Part shown: one piece after another, positions 1-13,319 of the stretch
Layout of the letters: each line of letters opens with the position of its first letter
Position numbering within the stretch: the first letter of the stretch is position 1
Assembly (NCBI GenBank): GCA_025786725.1
Contig: JAHLTZ010000042.1
Coordinates: forward strand, 1-64,000
DNA from: Syncephalis fuscata S228
Lineage: Eukaryota > Fungi > Zoopagomycota
DNA: 64,000 nt
Direction: 5' to 3'
Notes under the pieces: model-generated
Database searches by the model: none
Told to the model about the DNA's origin: nothing
What the model saw: the letters and a program-made list of their open reading frames with translations, nothing else
Translations under genes and position numbers: made by a program

Positions 1-262
1 AGGTGCTAAATGACCCGGCTCGTCCGAATAACGTTTATCGCCATAAGAGCGAGAATAGTTGCTCATATTGTGTTGGTGTGTTGGTGTTGCCAGTAAGAAA
101 CAGGAAACTACAACACTTGTACACCAATTCTCCTTCTTATTCTATTTCTATCTGAATATATTTAAACTGGGCATTTTACACCACCAATACACACTTTCTA
201 CTATTATTTTATACTTTGGTGGTTATTGACCTTTATTATACTAATTACGCAACGGGACTACA

Positions 263-2615
263 ATGACTGAACCGTCAGCTATATCAGCCACTTCAACGTC
301 ATGGGCCATTACCACTTATCAGTCACCGTCTGTAGCGGGAGATGACCACGTTGCGGACAATGCACTAGCTGTATCAACCGTACTGGTCGATAAGGAGGAA
401 GGCCAGCGGCTAGACTATGAACATGCTTCTAATGACGAGCGCTCATCTTCCGCTGGACCACCTAGTGCCAGTAATAGTACAGCTCGTACTTGTAATGCCG
501 ATAATGAACCGTTTGACCCTGAGGACTATGTACTTGCTATGTTTATTGTTCGATTTGATACCCATCGTGGTAATACAGTGGCCTGGACATATCCAGAAAG
601 TAAGTAGACTAATAGATACATTAGGCGGAATAATAGAGCAACAAGGCTAATATATATATCTATATATATATATAGATATTGATTTAAATGGTATTGAGTT
701 CTCAGCACTGCCTAGTGGATTACATCTTGTAGAGGATGATGTTATGTAAGTGTAGTAATATTAATTACATTCATACTCATGTATTTATATATTTATATAT
801 TTATAGTTATTTTGTAAAAACACGTATTTTGGTGTAAGTGTGTTTGAAAACACGCCCTTGGAAGGTGAAGAGGGTCAACGGAACGTGGTGCTCGTATGGC
901 TGCTGTGGGATTATTGGGTGCCAAATATACAAATTTACATCGACATGTTGATTTCTTACAAGAGGCTGCACGGTAATGATGTCATTAAAGCAGTACATTT
1001 TACTAACAATATAGATAATAGATTTCATTCAGCCGATGAAGCAGTATCACAACAGTTGTTAACGTGGTATTATGAGAATCAACGAAAGCGAAATAATCGA
1101 CCATTAGCTGCATCAAGTAGTGATCCTGTACCTACTATTTCTGTACCACGACATAATCGATTAAATGTAAGATACATACATACATACATATATTGAATAT
1201 TAATATTGCATATTAATATGGCTAATCGTAATTGTAGGCGCATCATCCAGCCAAGATGTTTGTTAAATTTGTTGGACAGTGTGGCCATCTATTTTTGTAT
1301 TATGGAAACACGCATTGTTAGCCCGACGAATTTTATTTACCGCCACACCTCCTTTGGCCGTAGCTTCTAATTATGGTAAGCTACGGAGATTATAATAGAT
1401 TAATGGCTAATAGTTCATTTTGTATTATTAAGTATATTGTACCTGTTTACTTGCTTCTGTGGCTAGTGACTGTGTTGACCGTGATGATCCACCACAGTTA
1501 TTACAGCCTATGTTCTGTGTTGGTGTTAATGATTTGCATAAACTAATGCTCATGGATAGTTATGTGGCTTGTAAGTATTGCTATATATATATACATACAT
1601 ATATACATATATACATATACTGGACAACATTTAATTGATATACTTGTTAATAGTTACATCAGAGCAGATTCTATGTGAAAAGCGTAATGTATATGATTTG
1701 ATTGTTGAGCCACGGGTAGTTAGAAAGCGTGGACAGCCATCGCGTGAAGTGTTGGATATTGGTGCACAATATGGATCAGCTGCAGAGGCTGCTACTTCAA
1801 ATACACTGCAGTATCTTAATACAGCAGATCGTAGACGATTTGGTGATTTGGCCCGGACATTTGCCGGGATACCCGCCCAGGAAGGGCTTTGGCAAATGCT
1901 TGAACGATGGTGGCAGCAACGATTGGATGCAGTGGCCACTGGTGAACCAAGTAATGGTGTAGCGGCTGAAGAGTATGACGCACAACATGAACCACTTCTT
2001 GCTAGTGAGGCTCAAGAGGCAGCGGCAACCGAAATAGCCTCTGCTGCACCTACCCTTTCCAGTTCAAATGAAGCATACGAAGAATTGGATGCTAATGTAG
2101 AATTGATTGGGTAAGTTGTATTTAATTAATAACTACCAAATATTAATCAGGTTTTTATAGCTATTTCCAATCTATCAATACGACCTTATTGCGTCATATT
2201 CGATTTTTGTTGTCTGAACAAGAACCGAGTGCCGATGGCTACACGATTATACAAGGTAGACACTTGGAAGATATGGGGCTACATCCTAGAGATGATGCGG
2301 AATTTGTAGAACAATTAGCTGCTCTTTATTATCCACGTTATGGACCCGTACGTGTTCAACAAGGTAAACATTTACTTTAAAGTTAACTGTCAACTAACAA
2401 GTAGTATATATGTATTTATAGATCCAGGATTAGCTGAACGAATAAGAAATACAATATCTGCTGATGCTACTGTTGCAACAGGACAGAATACTAAAGGCAG
2501 CACTTCTAATACTACCACTACCACTACCACTACCAATGGTCAATCATCAACAACACAGTTAAATACACTGGATGAGGACGCAGAGCCGTTATTTATTGAA
2601 AGTGACTCTGAGTAA
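263..2615 (+). CDS. DENN-domain protein, DENND11/LCHN (Anr2-like), multi-exon
   Basis: Spliced motifs VLAMFIVRFDTHRGNTVAW...DLNGIEFSALPSGLHLVEDDV, LQPMFCVGVNDL and C-terminal LEDMGLHPRDDAEFVEQLA; GT-AG introns join the ORF pieces. Stop at 2613-2615. Confidence 0.75.
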
Positions 2616-2728
2616 TCATTATATTACTACTCTATTACTATATGAATAATAATCTACCAGAATAAAAGATGTTTGTAAATAATCATAATATTTCTATTAT
2701 ATTTGCACAAATATTAAATGAAAGCAAA

Positions 2729-4214
2729 TTAACAAAGACCATTCTCGTCATCATCATCGTCGTCGTTATCGTTGTATCGCTCTGGTTCATTGTTGTAATG
2801 TTCAGGATTAGCAATATGACTTGGTACATGATCATCAACATCTACTAAAGTACGCGGTGTTGAGAAGTCATGAGGATTGTAGCTGGATGGAGGGGCATTG
2901 GCACGATAGGGTACACCATTAGACGGTACTGTCAATCCTGTACTACTACTATTGTGGTGGTGCTGTACTTGACTTGTAGTGCCACCACCTGGTACGGCAA
3001 GTCGACGAGCAAGTCGGATAATTTCACTATTTAGATTATTGACCACAGGACCATGTGTGACTTGTTGTAGTCCTTCTTGATCAAATTTCTCCATACAATC
3101 AAGCATTTGAGCAGCACTTGAGTATTCATCAGAGGCAGTAAATCCATGTATACTATAGTGGAGATTGACATTAGATACATTATTTATTATTATTGATATT
3201 TGATGCTATTAGCTATAGATTACTTACCTAGAGAAGCTATCTAGTCGTTTACTTGCTTCTACTTCATCACCAATATACAAAAATATAACAACAATACTAA
3301 GACATAGACGATACTGGGTTGATTTGTTGCGCAAATCACTAGTAATACCAATAAGACGCTGTAATATGGCAACTGCCTCATCTGGTCTAGTATAACATAA
3401 ATAAATTAATAAACATGCACATTGATATATATATATATATTATTTTATAAATACTTACCTCTTATGTTTAAGCAATACGCTGGCTGTGGTTTGGAATGTT
3501 TCAATACCAAATCGGCCACGATCTTCACTATCATACAAATCACACGCATCTTTGTAGAATTGTATTCCTGCTTCTGGATCCACCGGCTCTAGAATTCTAA
3601 TAAATTCTAGTTGGTTTATATTATTGCCATAGCTGCGATAATTAATTACTTACTTTCCAGCCTTCTCCAGAATCTCTGCAGCTCGATCTGCTGAGCCATG
3701 AGCTTGATAAAGATTGCTAGCTTGTTGGAAACAGTCGGCACATCTGGCTTCATCGTCTGTGTGCTTCTGCTGTTGATACATACTGCCTGCTGTCTCCATT
3801 GCTTTAGCAGCTAGGAATAGCCTATAGTACAAATATGGGTAAGTTACACCTACGGCCTATTCATGTCAACCTACGAATTGGATTTGTTATAAGCATCTGA
3901 GGCTTTTATAAAGGCTTTGGCCGCAGATTCATACTGTTGTGCTGCGCGGAACGAAGTGCCTAGACGTAAAGGGTTCGATAGAGTTAAAGATTCCACACGC
4001 TTTGTTCATCTGCCCGTTACTAACCTGCTTTTTCAAAGTACTGCGCTGCCATCTCCCAGTCTGGTTTCTTGAACCAGCCTTTTGTTGTGCTATCAGTAGA
4101 TATCCATAGTAAGTATACTATAGCTTGTTGGGCTTGCATTCATGCTGTAACCTACGCTTTTTCTGCCTCCTTCATATAGCCCAGGCCTTCATTGACTTTA
4201 CTGTGATCGACCAT
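2729..4214 (-). CDS. Gamma-soluble NSF attachment protein (gamma-SNAP), multi-exon
   Basis: MVDHSKVNEGLGYMKEAEK, TTKGWFKKPDWEMAAQYFEKA, FLAAKAMETAG, GSADRAAEILEKAG; acidic C-terminus ending DDDENGLC. Confidence 0.85.
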
Positions 4215-5825
4215 CGTGACAAAGAGGTGACAAGTAAATATAAACGAGAGTGCCAAAAAGAAAAACGGTGTTGTTTTACATCCCGAATCGTTCAGGCTTT
4301 GTATTGATTCTCACTTGTTTTTGATCTATATTATTTAGATTTGGCTGATTTCTAGTCTAAACAATAATAATGGAAACGATATTGGACAATAGTATGCTAT
4401 ATCGAAACATCTTATAGTTTAAAATTACTAATAAATACTGTTAGATATAAAGCCTGGTTATATATATTATGAATAGTTAAAATGTAAAAAAATGCTGCAT
4501 CTTACATTATTATATATAGATCAATTGTGTATTAATTTCTGCCATTTGTTTATTGTAGTGTTTTGGTAATGCTTTATCACTAGTGTTCGCTCTTTTGTTA
4601 ATAAATAATGTTCTATTTACGTCTATTCGTGCTATCACACGTTGCTTATTAAATAGGCCTGGCCCCTTTTATCTGGTATTTTGATACTTGCGCCTGTTGC
4701 TGGCCTATGGTTAAGAGGGGCTGGAGAGGGGAAAGTAGCAGTGCGATGATGTGTACTGCTCATAAAATCATTGTATATGACTAAATCGGTTTATTTTATA
4801 TTGGAGAAGACATGGAATGCAATGGAAAAAAACAAACAAATTTACAATCCTAGCTTGCAGTCATATGTTCCATGTAGATAAAACAATAAAAGAAAAATGT
4901 ACATTTTACATTGTATTATGAATGTGTTAAAAGTTATACCGCAATGTAATAACAATATACACAATAGTATTCTGTTGTGTTCATTAGACCTAATCTACAG
5001 CGTAATATAGCCCTATTTGTTTCTATCAAAAATAAGCTTAGTGCTTTGTAAAGTAGTATGTGTAGCTGTACAAAGACAAAACAACTTGTACGTCGTTTAG
5101 GATATACTGTATAAGTGGTGTGTTGTACTGATCAATAAAAGCGGGGCTTCACATATCTAATAAGCAAAACTTGCCCGAAAGCCTGTTAGATACGCACCAG
5201 CCAAATAAATTGCATGAAATTTAAACACTGCATGTACTTGGCTAGAGCTATACTGTATTCTGATGCAGTGTAATAAATATCATTTTTATTCATGTGTATC
5301 CATACAACCTTTACCTGATACAAGTGCTTATTGATAACAACGTGGGCATGAATAGTTTCCATAATATCAAGCACGGTTAGGTGTTGGTAAGTCCGATAAT
5401 TACAAGGAGTGTGGCCTAAACATAGACAACGGGCCATGTGTAGCAAATTGACCTCTTTATTATCATGAATGTCGTCGGCTAATTGGCAGGCGTTGAAACG
5501 AGGAGAGGAAATATACTTGTTTCAGTAGAACTTGGCTTCGTTGTTATAAATTTGACACGGTATAGCTCCAGCGATGGAGTCACGCTGCCGTCGAGACATG
5601 GGTACAAGTTTTCGGTGCCTTTGCCTCGTTCATGCAAGTATATATTCTCTGTGGGATTTGATAATATTGTAGCTTTTCCATTAGTCGTTAGGACACTTTA
5701 AAAGCCGTCTTTTGAAGCTTTAATTTCACTATTTTCATCCAATTATTTACTCTACAACCTTACTATTTATGAAAAGCGACACGAAACAAGCTAATTAATT
5801 TATTATAATTTTTACTATTAATATA

Positions 5826-6502
5826 ATGGCGCCTACACTACAGCTTTCTTTGTCCGTCAGGTTGATTGCCGATGTGAATGATGCCATCGAACTCGAAAAA
5901 AAATGTAAGTGTGCCGTTGAATAAACAATCAAAACTAGTACGCAGCGCCTTTACTAATCAATCTCTTCCTATAATAGGCTTTCCCGAGGCTGAGCTCGAA
6001 GGACGTGCCAGACTTGTGAAACGCCACAAAGAAGCGCCCGAGCTTTTTTACGGTGCTTACACCATTGATCCGACAACTGATAAAAAAATACTAGTTGGCT
6101 ATCTTTGCGGTGCAGCTAGCAGCACTCCACGTATGACGCAAGAATCGATAGACAAGCACGATCCAGAAGGGTCAACGCTATGCGTGCACACATTATGTGT
6201 GGATAATACGTACAGAAAACAACGAGTTGCTGATCAGCTCATTCGTGAGCTTACCTTATACATTCTTGGTGTTAACAAGAAACACATGATGGCCACAAAT
6301 AGCCAGGATAAACGATTTAAACATGTAGTTATCATGGCACATCTGCCACTTATACCGTTTTATGAAAAATACGGATTTCATTCGATTGGTCCATCGGAAG
6401 TAACCTTAGGTAAGATTGATTAATAATAGTAAACATTAATAGCTAAACAATAGCTACAACTTAGGACCAGAAACTTGGTATGAAATGAAGTATGACATCT
6501 AG
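5826..6502 (+). CDS. GNAT N-acetyltransferase (polyamine/arylalkylamine acetyltransferase, PAA1-like), 3 exons
   Basis: GFPEAE, HDPEGSTLCVHTLCVDNTYRKQRVA, LIPFYEKYGFHSIGPSEVTLG then PETWYEMKYDI-stop; introns near 5905-5977 and 6410-6464. Confidence 0.85.
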
Positions 6503-6630
6503 CTTGCTGCTTATGTACACCAGGGCCGCACTGATTAAGAGTAGACTTAAATTAAAACACGCATAAACCTGCTATTAGCATTTTAGCAATAAACATTTTA
6601 CTAAATATACACGGAATAAACAAATGAAAA

Positions 6631-8964
6631 TCATGTAGGAAGGAAATGTTCGCGTAAATAGGCGTCTTTCAAATGAGCTGTATCTGCATCTGTGTGAACA
6701 GAGTCCAATACAATGGCTCGCAATCCTACTTGGTGTCTAAATAATTTATATTAATTTGATGAATTTTATAATACATTATATTACTTACATCGTATTTATA
6801 ACCAACCAAATCTCCAGTGCTATAATTAACGCTAATATAATTGATCCATAGGTCGATGTAAGTGCACTTAATAGCTGCGCTAACCAGTATCTTCCGCCTT
6901 TAATAACTGGTGTTGTCTCATTAGCGGTGTCTTCGTCTAATGTCGCAACTTTTATGGCCATTGGGCGCAACCTATCCATCCAGGCAGCATGAAGTTCATG
7001 CCAGTTACGCCGCTGCGCCTCAAGTGTTGTCGCAGTGGGAGGAGCGTACCTAGTGCCGGCAAACCATCCTGGCAACCGCTGTACCAACATCGACATTGTA
7101 GGCAGTAGTGATGCTCTTCCTACTGCTTCCATAGCTTCATTGTTAACTTCAACCGGCTCTTCAAGTGGTGTTGGATGGCTTTTGGATCGTTTTCGTCGAT
7201 GAGAAAACATTACATCCGATACTAGAGGCTGGTCGACCGGCGGTGGAGACGGTGGCAGTGTCGGCATAGAGGGTCGCCATTGCTGTGGTATAGGCGCTCG
7301 CGGTAACGCTCGTGAGTTTGAGTGTGAGGGCGTCATTCCTGTACTCGGTGTAGTTACACATCGCGGGTTACTTGCACCATACGGCATTGGACGGCCATAT
7401 TGTATTGGCTAATGCAATAAAATAAATTTAAGATATATATATGTATATAATAAATTAAAACCAACCTCATTTTCTTTCATTACAGTAAACCGTAAATCGG
7501 CCGCTTGTAACTCGACCGATGTAAGTTTCTTTTCCATAAATTCCTCCATACGTTGTCGTTCTGTAAATCGCTCTCGTAGTTAACCATTTCTTTCTATATT
7601 GACGTATTCAATCCAATGTAATTATATTATAAATAAAAGTCATATCGTAGATTGTATCTACTACTTACATTTGACTGGTCTACATCTTCCATCATTTTCT
7701 GCATTTCCGAAAGCAACCGATACTCTTTACTGTCACTTCTGTATATCAACCTATATTAAGGTGTTGGTTAGTGTATGTATAATAATCTATACGTAATAAT
7801 CGTAGTAAAGGCATATTATTGCTGTCATTATATTTGTACATACCGATGCACATCCTCATCAGTTAATACATCGCCAGTAGGAACATCGCTATCTCGTCTA
7901 CCAGGATCACTAAAAGAAGATATATCTTGCAAGTGTTCATTGATATGAAAGCTACCCGATATATCTGACTAATAATAGATTAGTAAGAATGCTGCTTAAT
8001 TGCTTATAGTATAACAACCAATAACAGCAACTTATTAACACAAATATTATAACACATACACCTTGAACTATAGATGCATCGAAATCTGGTGGCTCCAACA
8101 GCCCGCTGGGCCCTTCATCACCATAACCGGGATTTCGATGGGTACTTGGACCGCTTTTACTTGGATGTTTTGTCTCACTGGTAAGTAGCGTAAAGGTAGG
8201 CTACCATATACAAATAGACGTACGAATACATAATAATACACAAATGGTTAGACCGCAGAAACAAAACGGCTAACTAGCACTTTACAAGTACTAAATACGC
8301 TTACTTTTTCTATGGCCGATTTGTCTACATCGATACTATGTCCATCAAATAGCGCCATTGCTTGCTGCCGTGCTTTAACTACGGACTCGGGCTTAACATT
8401 TAATAAGCATAAGTTGAATGTTGAGGGCTAGTAATTAACCTACCGCATGACGGATCGCATTAACACGTTTAAGTAAATCGGCCGACAGTGTGGATTTGTG
8501 CTTTGTAGTCTGTGAATTCGGCAATGAATTGATAGGCTCGGCTGGTGTAGAGCAAATTGGAGAATTGCGTTCGTTGCTATCATGACCCTTGAGTGCTTCC
8601 ATTCCTTGAATAGGTTCATTTTCCGGAGAGTCAGGCTAAAACATGAATGCAATTAATTGCTATTTGATGGAGCTTAAAATCGAATACATACTATGATAAT
8701 CGCACGATTACCCGCTTCAATAGAGCTGGTCGAACTTAGTGAACTGCTTGGCCGTTGGTCAATGTCGGGAATATAGCCTGTTCTTTCTAATGCAGCGCGA
8801 ATATGGTCGGTTCTATAACTTTCAATTGCTGCCGAGATTTCCGAAAAGTCTGGTAGATTGGCGAGTGCACCGAATGACGGAGGCTGCTGTGCAAATATAT
8901 CCTCGTCTTGATTAGCAGTATTTGCAGCCAAGTTATCCAAGAAGAGATCTGAATCGGAAGTCAT
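6631..8964 (-). CDS. Coiled-coil, single C-terminal TM protein; candidate KASH-type nuclear envelope protein
   Basis: Multi-exon, low-complexity N-terminus and a coiled-coil segment. TM GSIILALIIALEIWLVI is followed by a spliced last exon HQVGLRAIVLDSVHTDADTAHLKDAYLREHFLPT-stop. The gene is well supported; the KASH call is an inference. Confidence 0.55.
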
Positions 8965-10200
8965 ATTGTCAAGAAAAGGAGAATTCTGGTCGAACGTTGA
9001 AGGACGCTGTGCTGCAGCCCTGTCTGTTTGAACGCTCAGTCCTGCATTCTGAAGTGCTTTTGTTGGTTATGTTGAATACAATATTTGTGCGTATAAACAT
9101 ACCTTGCGTTTTTCAGTAAACTCTTTCATCAGTATCCAGTTTGTATAGTTTATGTAACTGTTACAAGACAAAGTATTGAGTGCTTTATCAATTAAAGCGT
9201 GGAAAGTAGAATCTGTGCTAGTAGAGGTCTGTTGTTTATAGTATGTAGTCAGTCAATATAGTGCTAATACAAAATAGTGCGTAATTAGAAAAGAAGTAGC
9301 TGTTTGACTCCCACCTTTTTTTAAACACTTTTAGATATAATTAAACAATTATTTGTCACTGTAACATGTATAATATTGCATTCAACATTGACTAATTTAT
9401 GTGTAATTATCAATACAATAATGCAACTAATTAGTTATCTTTATTATTACTTTGATATATATATTGTTGTTATGCTATTAATTGTTCAAAATGCCATTTA
9501 TTTAGTCAGATTGACTATAGGGGGGTGGCTGTTTAATAAACGACATTTATAATAATTTTATTAACATTGCTCTTACATTGTAAATATGCTAAAATACAAT
9601 AATAGAATATTAGAAAATGAAACAAGCCATTCAGATGCAATAATACATGCTGTAAATAGATGCAATAACAACAAGTGCGGAACGATATGGAATCACAATC
9701 AATGGCTTCTATTAATATTCGAGCAATTTTTCTACACATGGCCAACAACAATAATCGGCTTTAAATGTTTCAAAGGAATTAAATAATATTTTACATTGTT
9801 TATTTAAATGTTTAAAATAACAACTACTAATACAATTCTTGTTACACTTAAGCAGTTTTATTTTATGAAAATGATAATGGACAATAATATTACGTTAATA
9901 TTTATTCTTCTTCTTTATATTGAAATGTGAAAATGACAAATAATAAATATTACCAAATATTCTGATAAGTACATTAAAAATAACGTTAAAAGTAAACTAT
10001 TGTCTAAAAATCATTGCTTTGCATAGTATTTATAGACCAACTTATGTTAAAATAGTAGTCAATTCTGTCAAATAGCTTACAAACAATGCCAAAATACTGT
10101 ACAAATTAAAGCAATAGTTTGTAAAATTATATAAACAAATTAAATTGAACAACGTGGTTCATTAAACTAACCGCATTTATTATCGTGCACAACTATTCAT

Positions 10201-11127
10201 TTAATATCCACAGTAGACAAATTTACCATTGCTGCGGCATTGAGTACCGGATGCACATGTAAACCAAGAATAAGAGCCCCTGTTGCATTGGCCAATTTTG
10301 GCGCCATTACATTTGAATTTGCCATGGTTGCAGCTATCATTAGCACCAGCGTGTCCTGAAGATTTTGGAGCTTCTGAATAATCAGGTTTCTTTTTGTTTT
10401 CGGCTGGAGCTGAACCAGTAAAGCCATCATTCTTTTTGCCATCCTTTGGTGGCTTTGGCTTATCATTATGAACCAATTTGGTGTCTTCAGCTGGAGTGTC
10501 TTCAGCTGGAGTATTTTTAGCTGGAGTGCCTTTAGCTGACGTACCTTTAGATGGTGTGCCTTTAGCTGGTGTGTCTTTAGCTGGCGTGTCTTTAGCTGGT
10601 GCACCTTCATAAGACTCATCAGCTTTCTTGCCAGCGCTAGGTTTGCCACCGCCACCAGAGATGTTGATGTCGGCACATTGTTCGTAGTGTTCAATGGTTG
10701 TGACAAGATGGGCGGCGTTCCACACCCAACGGAGTACCTTGCGGCCAGTAATGTCTGATGGAATTTTAACTGTCCATGGACCAACCTTGCCTGGAGCAGC
10801 ACAGTCATTTTTGGAAGCAATTTTGCGAGCATTTTTGAGGTTTTCGTCAAGAATATACACCTCGCACATACCAATATGTGGAGCAGTAATAGTAAGACCA
10901 AGCGTGACAGAGTGGCCTACATTGGTCACCTTACCAGCGGGTTCGCCACGACAAATACCCCTGGTGTTTGGACTTTTTAGATCGTCAACCATGTATGAGG
11001 CCTTGGCGATACCACGAGGTGCTGGGCTAGATAGGTAGCCGTGAGCAGATACGCTCGAGATGGTGGACACGGCAAGAAGCGCGGCGGCGCAAGCGGAAAA
11101 ACCAATGGTAGAAGCGAATCGAGTCAT
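10201..11127 (-). CDS. Secreted AA16-like LPMO-type (His-brace) protein copy 1, PAKDT linker and C-terminal CBM19-like module
   Basis: Signal peptide ends VSA before His1 (HGYLSSPAPR); TITAPHIG (His2), VLRWVW, EHYEQCADI. C-terminus CNHGKFKCNGAKIGQCNRGSYSWFTCASGTQC. Intronless. Confidence 0.8.
   Translation of the reverse strand: MTRFASTIGFSACAAALLAVSTISSVSAHGYLSSPAPRGIAKASYMVDDLKSPNTRGICRGEPAGKVTNVGHSVTLGLTITAPHIGMCEVYILDENLKNARKIASKNDCAAPGKVGPWTVKIPSDITGRKVLRWVWNAAHLVTTIEHYEQCADINISGGGGKPSAGKKADESYEGAPAKDTPAKDTPAKGTPSKGTSAKGTPAKNTPAEDTPAEDTKLVHNDKPKPPKDGKKNDGFTGSAPAENKKKPDYSEAPKSSGHAGANDSCNHGKFKCNGAKIGQCNRGSYSWFTCASGTQCRSNGKFVYCGY
10486..10605 (-). repeat. Coding 15-bp tandem repeat (PAKDT/PAEDT/PAKGT linker)
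   Basis: Repeated tttagctggtgtgtc-like units. Copy number differs among the paralogs near 15590, 18290 and 20990-21085. Confidence 0.85.
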
Positions 11128-12429
11128 GATGAATTGAATGTAGTTATTGAATCGAGGACCGGCCTAGTTCAAAATGATAATCAAAAAATATTTGTCGTTA
11201 ATGTTCGTTTTGAAAACTTAAAACGTAATGTTAGCAAAAGCACCGCTTTATATATCGTAATGAGTAAAAAATGTACTGCCGTTAGAGTAGTTGTGGTTGT
11301 TGGTGGTAATCAAGTGGAAAAATGAACTTGTTGCTTGTCGTTTATATACTAGACAAAAGTCAAGAGGTGGTGTTAATAGTGCAACACAAATGTCACATGT
11401 ATCTCCGTAATTTGATCAATCTAAGTAAGGATAGGGTCATATGAAATGACTCGTTGAGCAAGCAGTGCAGAAACTCTCGCCTATACTGCATAGTGTCGGC
11501 TTGAAATAACGGGTACTCCTTATCACACAACTGCTAAATGTGTAAATATAGGCAATGTCATGGGTCAGTTTGAATTGGTTTTAATTTTATTGAAGCCGAT
11601 TGTACTAAGCACTATTAAATATAATGATGCATAAATAATATACTACTGTATATTTTAAATATTAAATTGCTTAATTCACTAATTTTCTATTTGGAATATT
11701 ATTTATAAACCAAACACTGCCTTAGATAAATCAGCGTTTCTAAAGTAGATCTATGTATAGTAAAACAGCCGAACGTTTTTTCATGTCATAAAGTTTATGA
11801 TGGCCAAGCACAGTAATGTAAAGCAAGTATCAGTATCCAAAAGTGCTCAATTAATTATGAAACGCCTAGCAAATAATGCTACCATTGAAGCACAGTTACC
11901 AAATTTATTATCGCAGTTACTTTGTGATAGTCGAAAACAATGCTTGGCCTTCATTCTAATATAACGCAGTGGGTAATATTAATATTATATGCGGCTGATA
12001 ACCTTGACAAATAAACGTTTTCTTGAGCCAATGTTTTGATGGAATATGCATCTCAAACAAAAAGGGATTTTTGCTTTAAAATGTACCGATATGGTGCTTA
12101 ATATACAATAAGTCAATATATACAAAATAAAATAATAATATGTATAATTAAATTTATTATTTGCTAATAGCTACATAGCTAGCAGTTTTTAAAATGGAAA
12201 AGTTAACTTACTATCACAATTTAATTTTACTTAAAAAGTGCAGTTGAAGCACATTTACAACGTGAAGAGGTAGCAAACTATTAAGCTAAAACAATTGGAT
12301 TTATTTGTAACTTCCCGGGTATACACGGATAAATACCACTATTTTACGAATGTGTCAGGAATTAACGACTATCGTGACCGAGTAGACTCCAGGCTAAGGG
12401 AAGCGATGAAAGAGAAAGAAAAGACAAAA

Positions 12430-12600
12430 TCTTATGACAATATGGACAATGGCTGTGATAAATGTGGGGTATTATTGGCTTTTGACGTTTTAGCTTTTGC
12501 AATTATCATAGTCGATGACGCAGTGGTGGATGCTGCTGTTGCAGAAATGCTTATCGTACTGGATAATGTTAATATTGTCTCTGCTGTTATTGTTAGTGTT
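12430..12600 (-). pseudogene. Decayed duplicate of the 3' end of the WHIM/PHD gene
   Basis: Aligns by eye to 22870-23040 (gatggctgtgataaatgtggg...gtcgatgacgcagt...cgtactggataatg). Further copies at ~13670-13815, ~17420-17580 and ~20100-20270. Confidence 0.75.
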
Positions 12601-12846
12601 GTAGCGAATTATAAAGATTCAATAAAATGAACATACTGCTTATAGACATATCAAATGTGCATGGAATGTAAATAATATGGCTTACTGCTTTTTATTATCA
12701 AAAGGCGGTCAATTATATAATTACATCTAAGTAAACAAGAATTACACTTGGGACGTGTATAAAAGTAATTGTTTAAGGTTTTTGAGCATAAAAACAAAGA
12801 TTATTATTGCCTAATACGGTAATAATAAATTATTTGACTGCCATGT

Positions 12847-12904
12847 TCAGGATCCGTAAATGGTGATTAACACCAGTTTTAAAAAAATAATCAGGATCCG
12901 TAAA
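12847..12904 (+). mobile_element. 30-bp hairpin plus A-tail micro-insertion with 14-bp target-site duplication
   Basis: tcaggatccgtaaa [tggtgattaacaccagttttaaaaaaataa] tcaggatccgtaaa. The inverted homologous region near 14000-14025 lacks the insert. Confidence 0.65.
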
Positions 12905-13319
12905 AAATATTTTTTACATACAGGCGCTATTTTCCATTTACGTGAGAAATAGTTATATAACTAATCATTTTTTTCACCAATGGATAGTATATCATTTTTA
13001 TCCATATTGCCAAGTATATTTACCCAGTTATAAATGCAAATTTACTTTATTAAACGCTATAATTTGCTACATTGCTAATAACAACATAAGCAGCAAAGAC
13101 GCCAAAATTATTATCCCAGTTACTTTGTGATAAAAAAAAACAGTGTTTGGCTCCATTCTAACAAAATGCAACGGGTAATATCGATATCATATACGGCTGA
13201 TAACATTGACAGACATACGCTTTCTCAAGTCATTATTCGATGAACATGCATCTTAAACAAAACCGGTTTTTTGCTTTAAAATGTACCGATGTGGTGTTTA
13301 CTATACAATAAATCATCTT

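Noticed and set aside
9300-9950. Possible transposon remnant or short ORFs
   Set aside because: No convincing motif or terminal repeat by eye.
10197-11325. Overlapping alternative-frame and antisense ORFs on LPMO-like genes (also near 15480, 15716, 18413, 21172)
   Set aside because: Shadows of the real gene; they recur only because the DNA is duplicated and have no motifs of their own.
12295-12630. Repeated + strand ORF (also 17310-17588, 19995-20300) that looks like a small gene family
   Set aside because: It is the antisense reading of the decayed WHIM/PHD gene 3' fragment; compare the antisense ORF 22882-23166.
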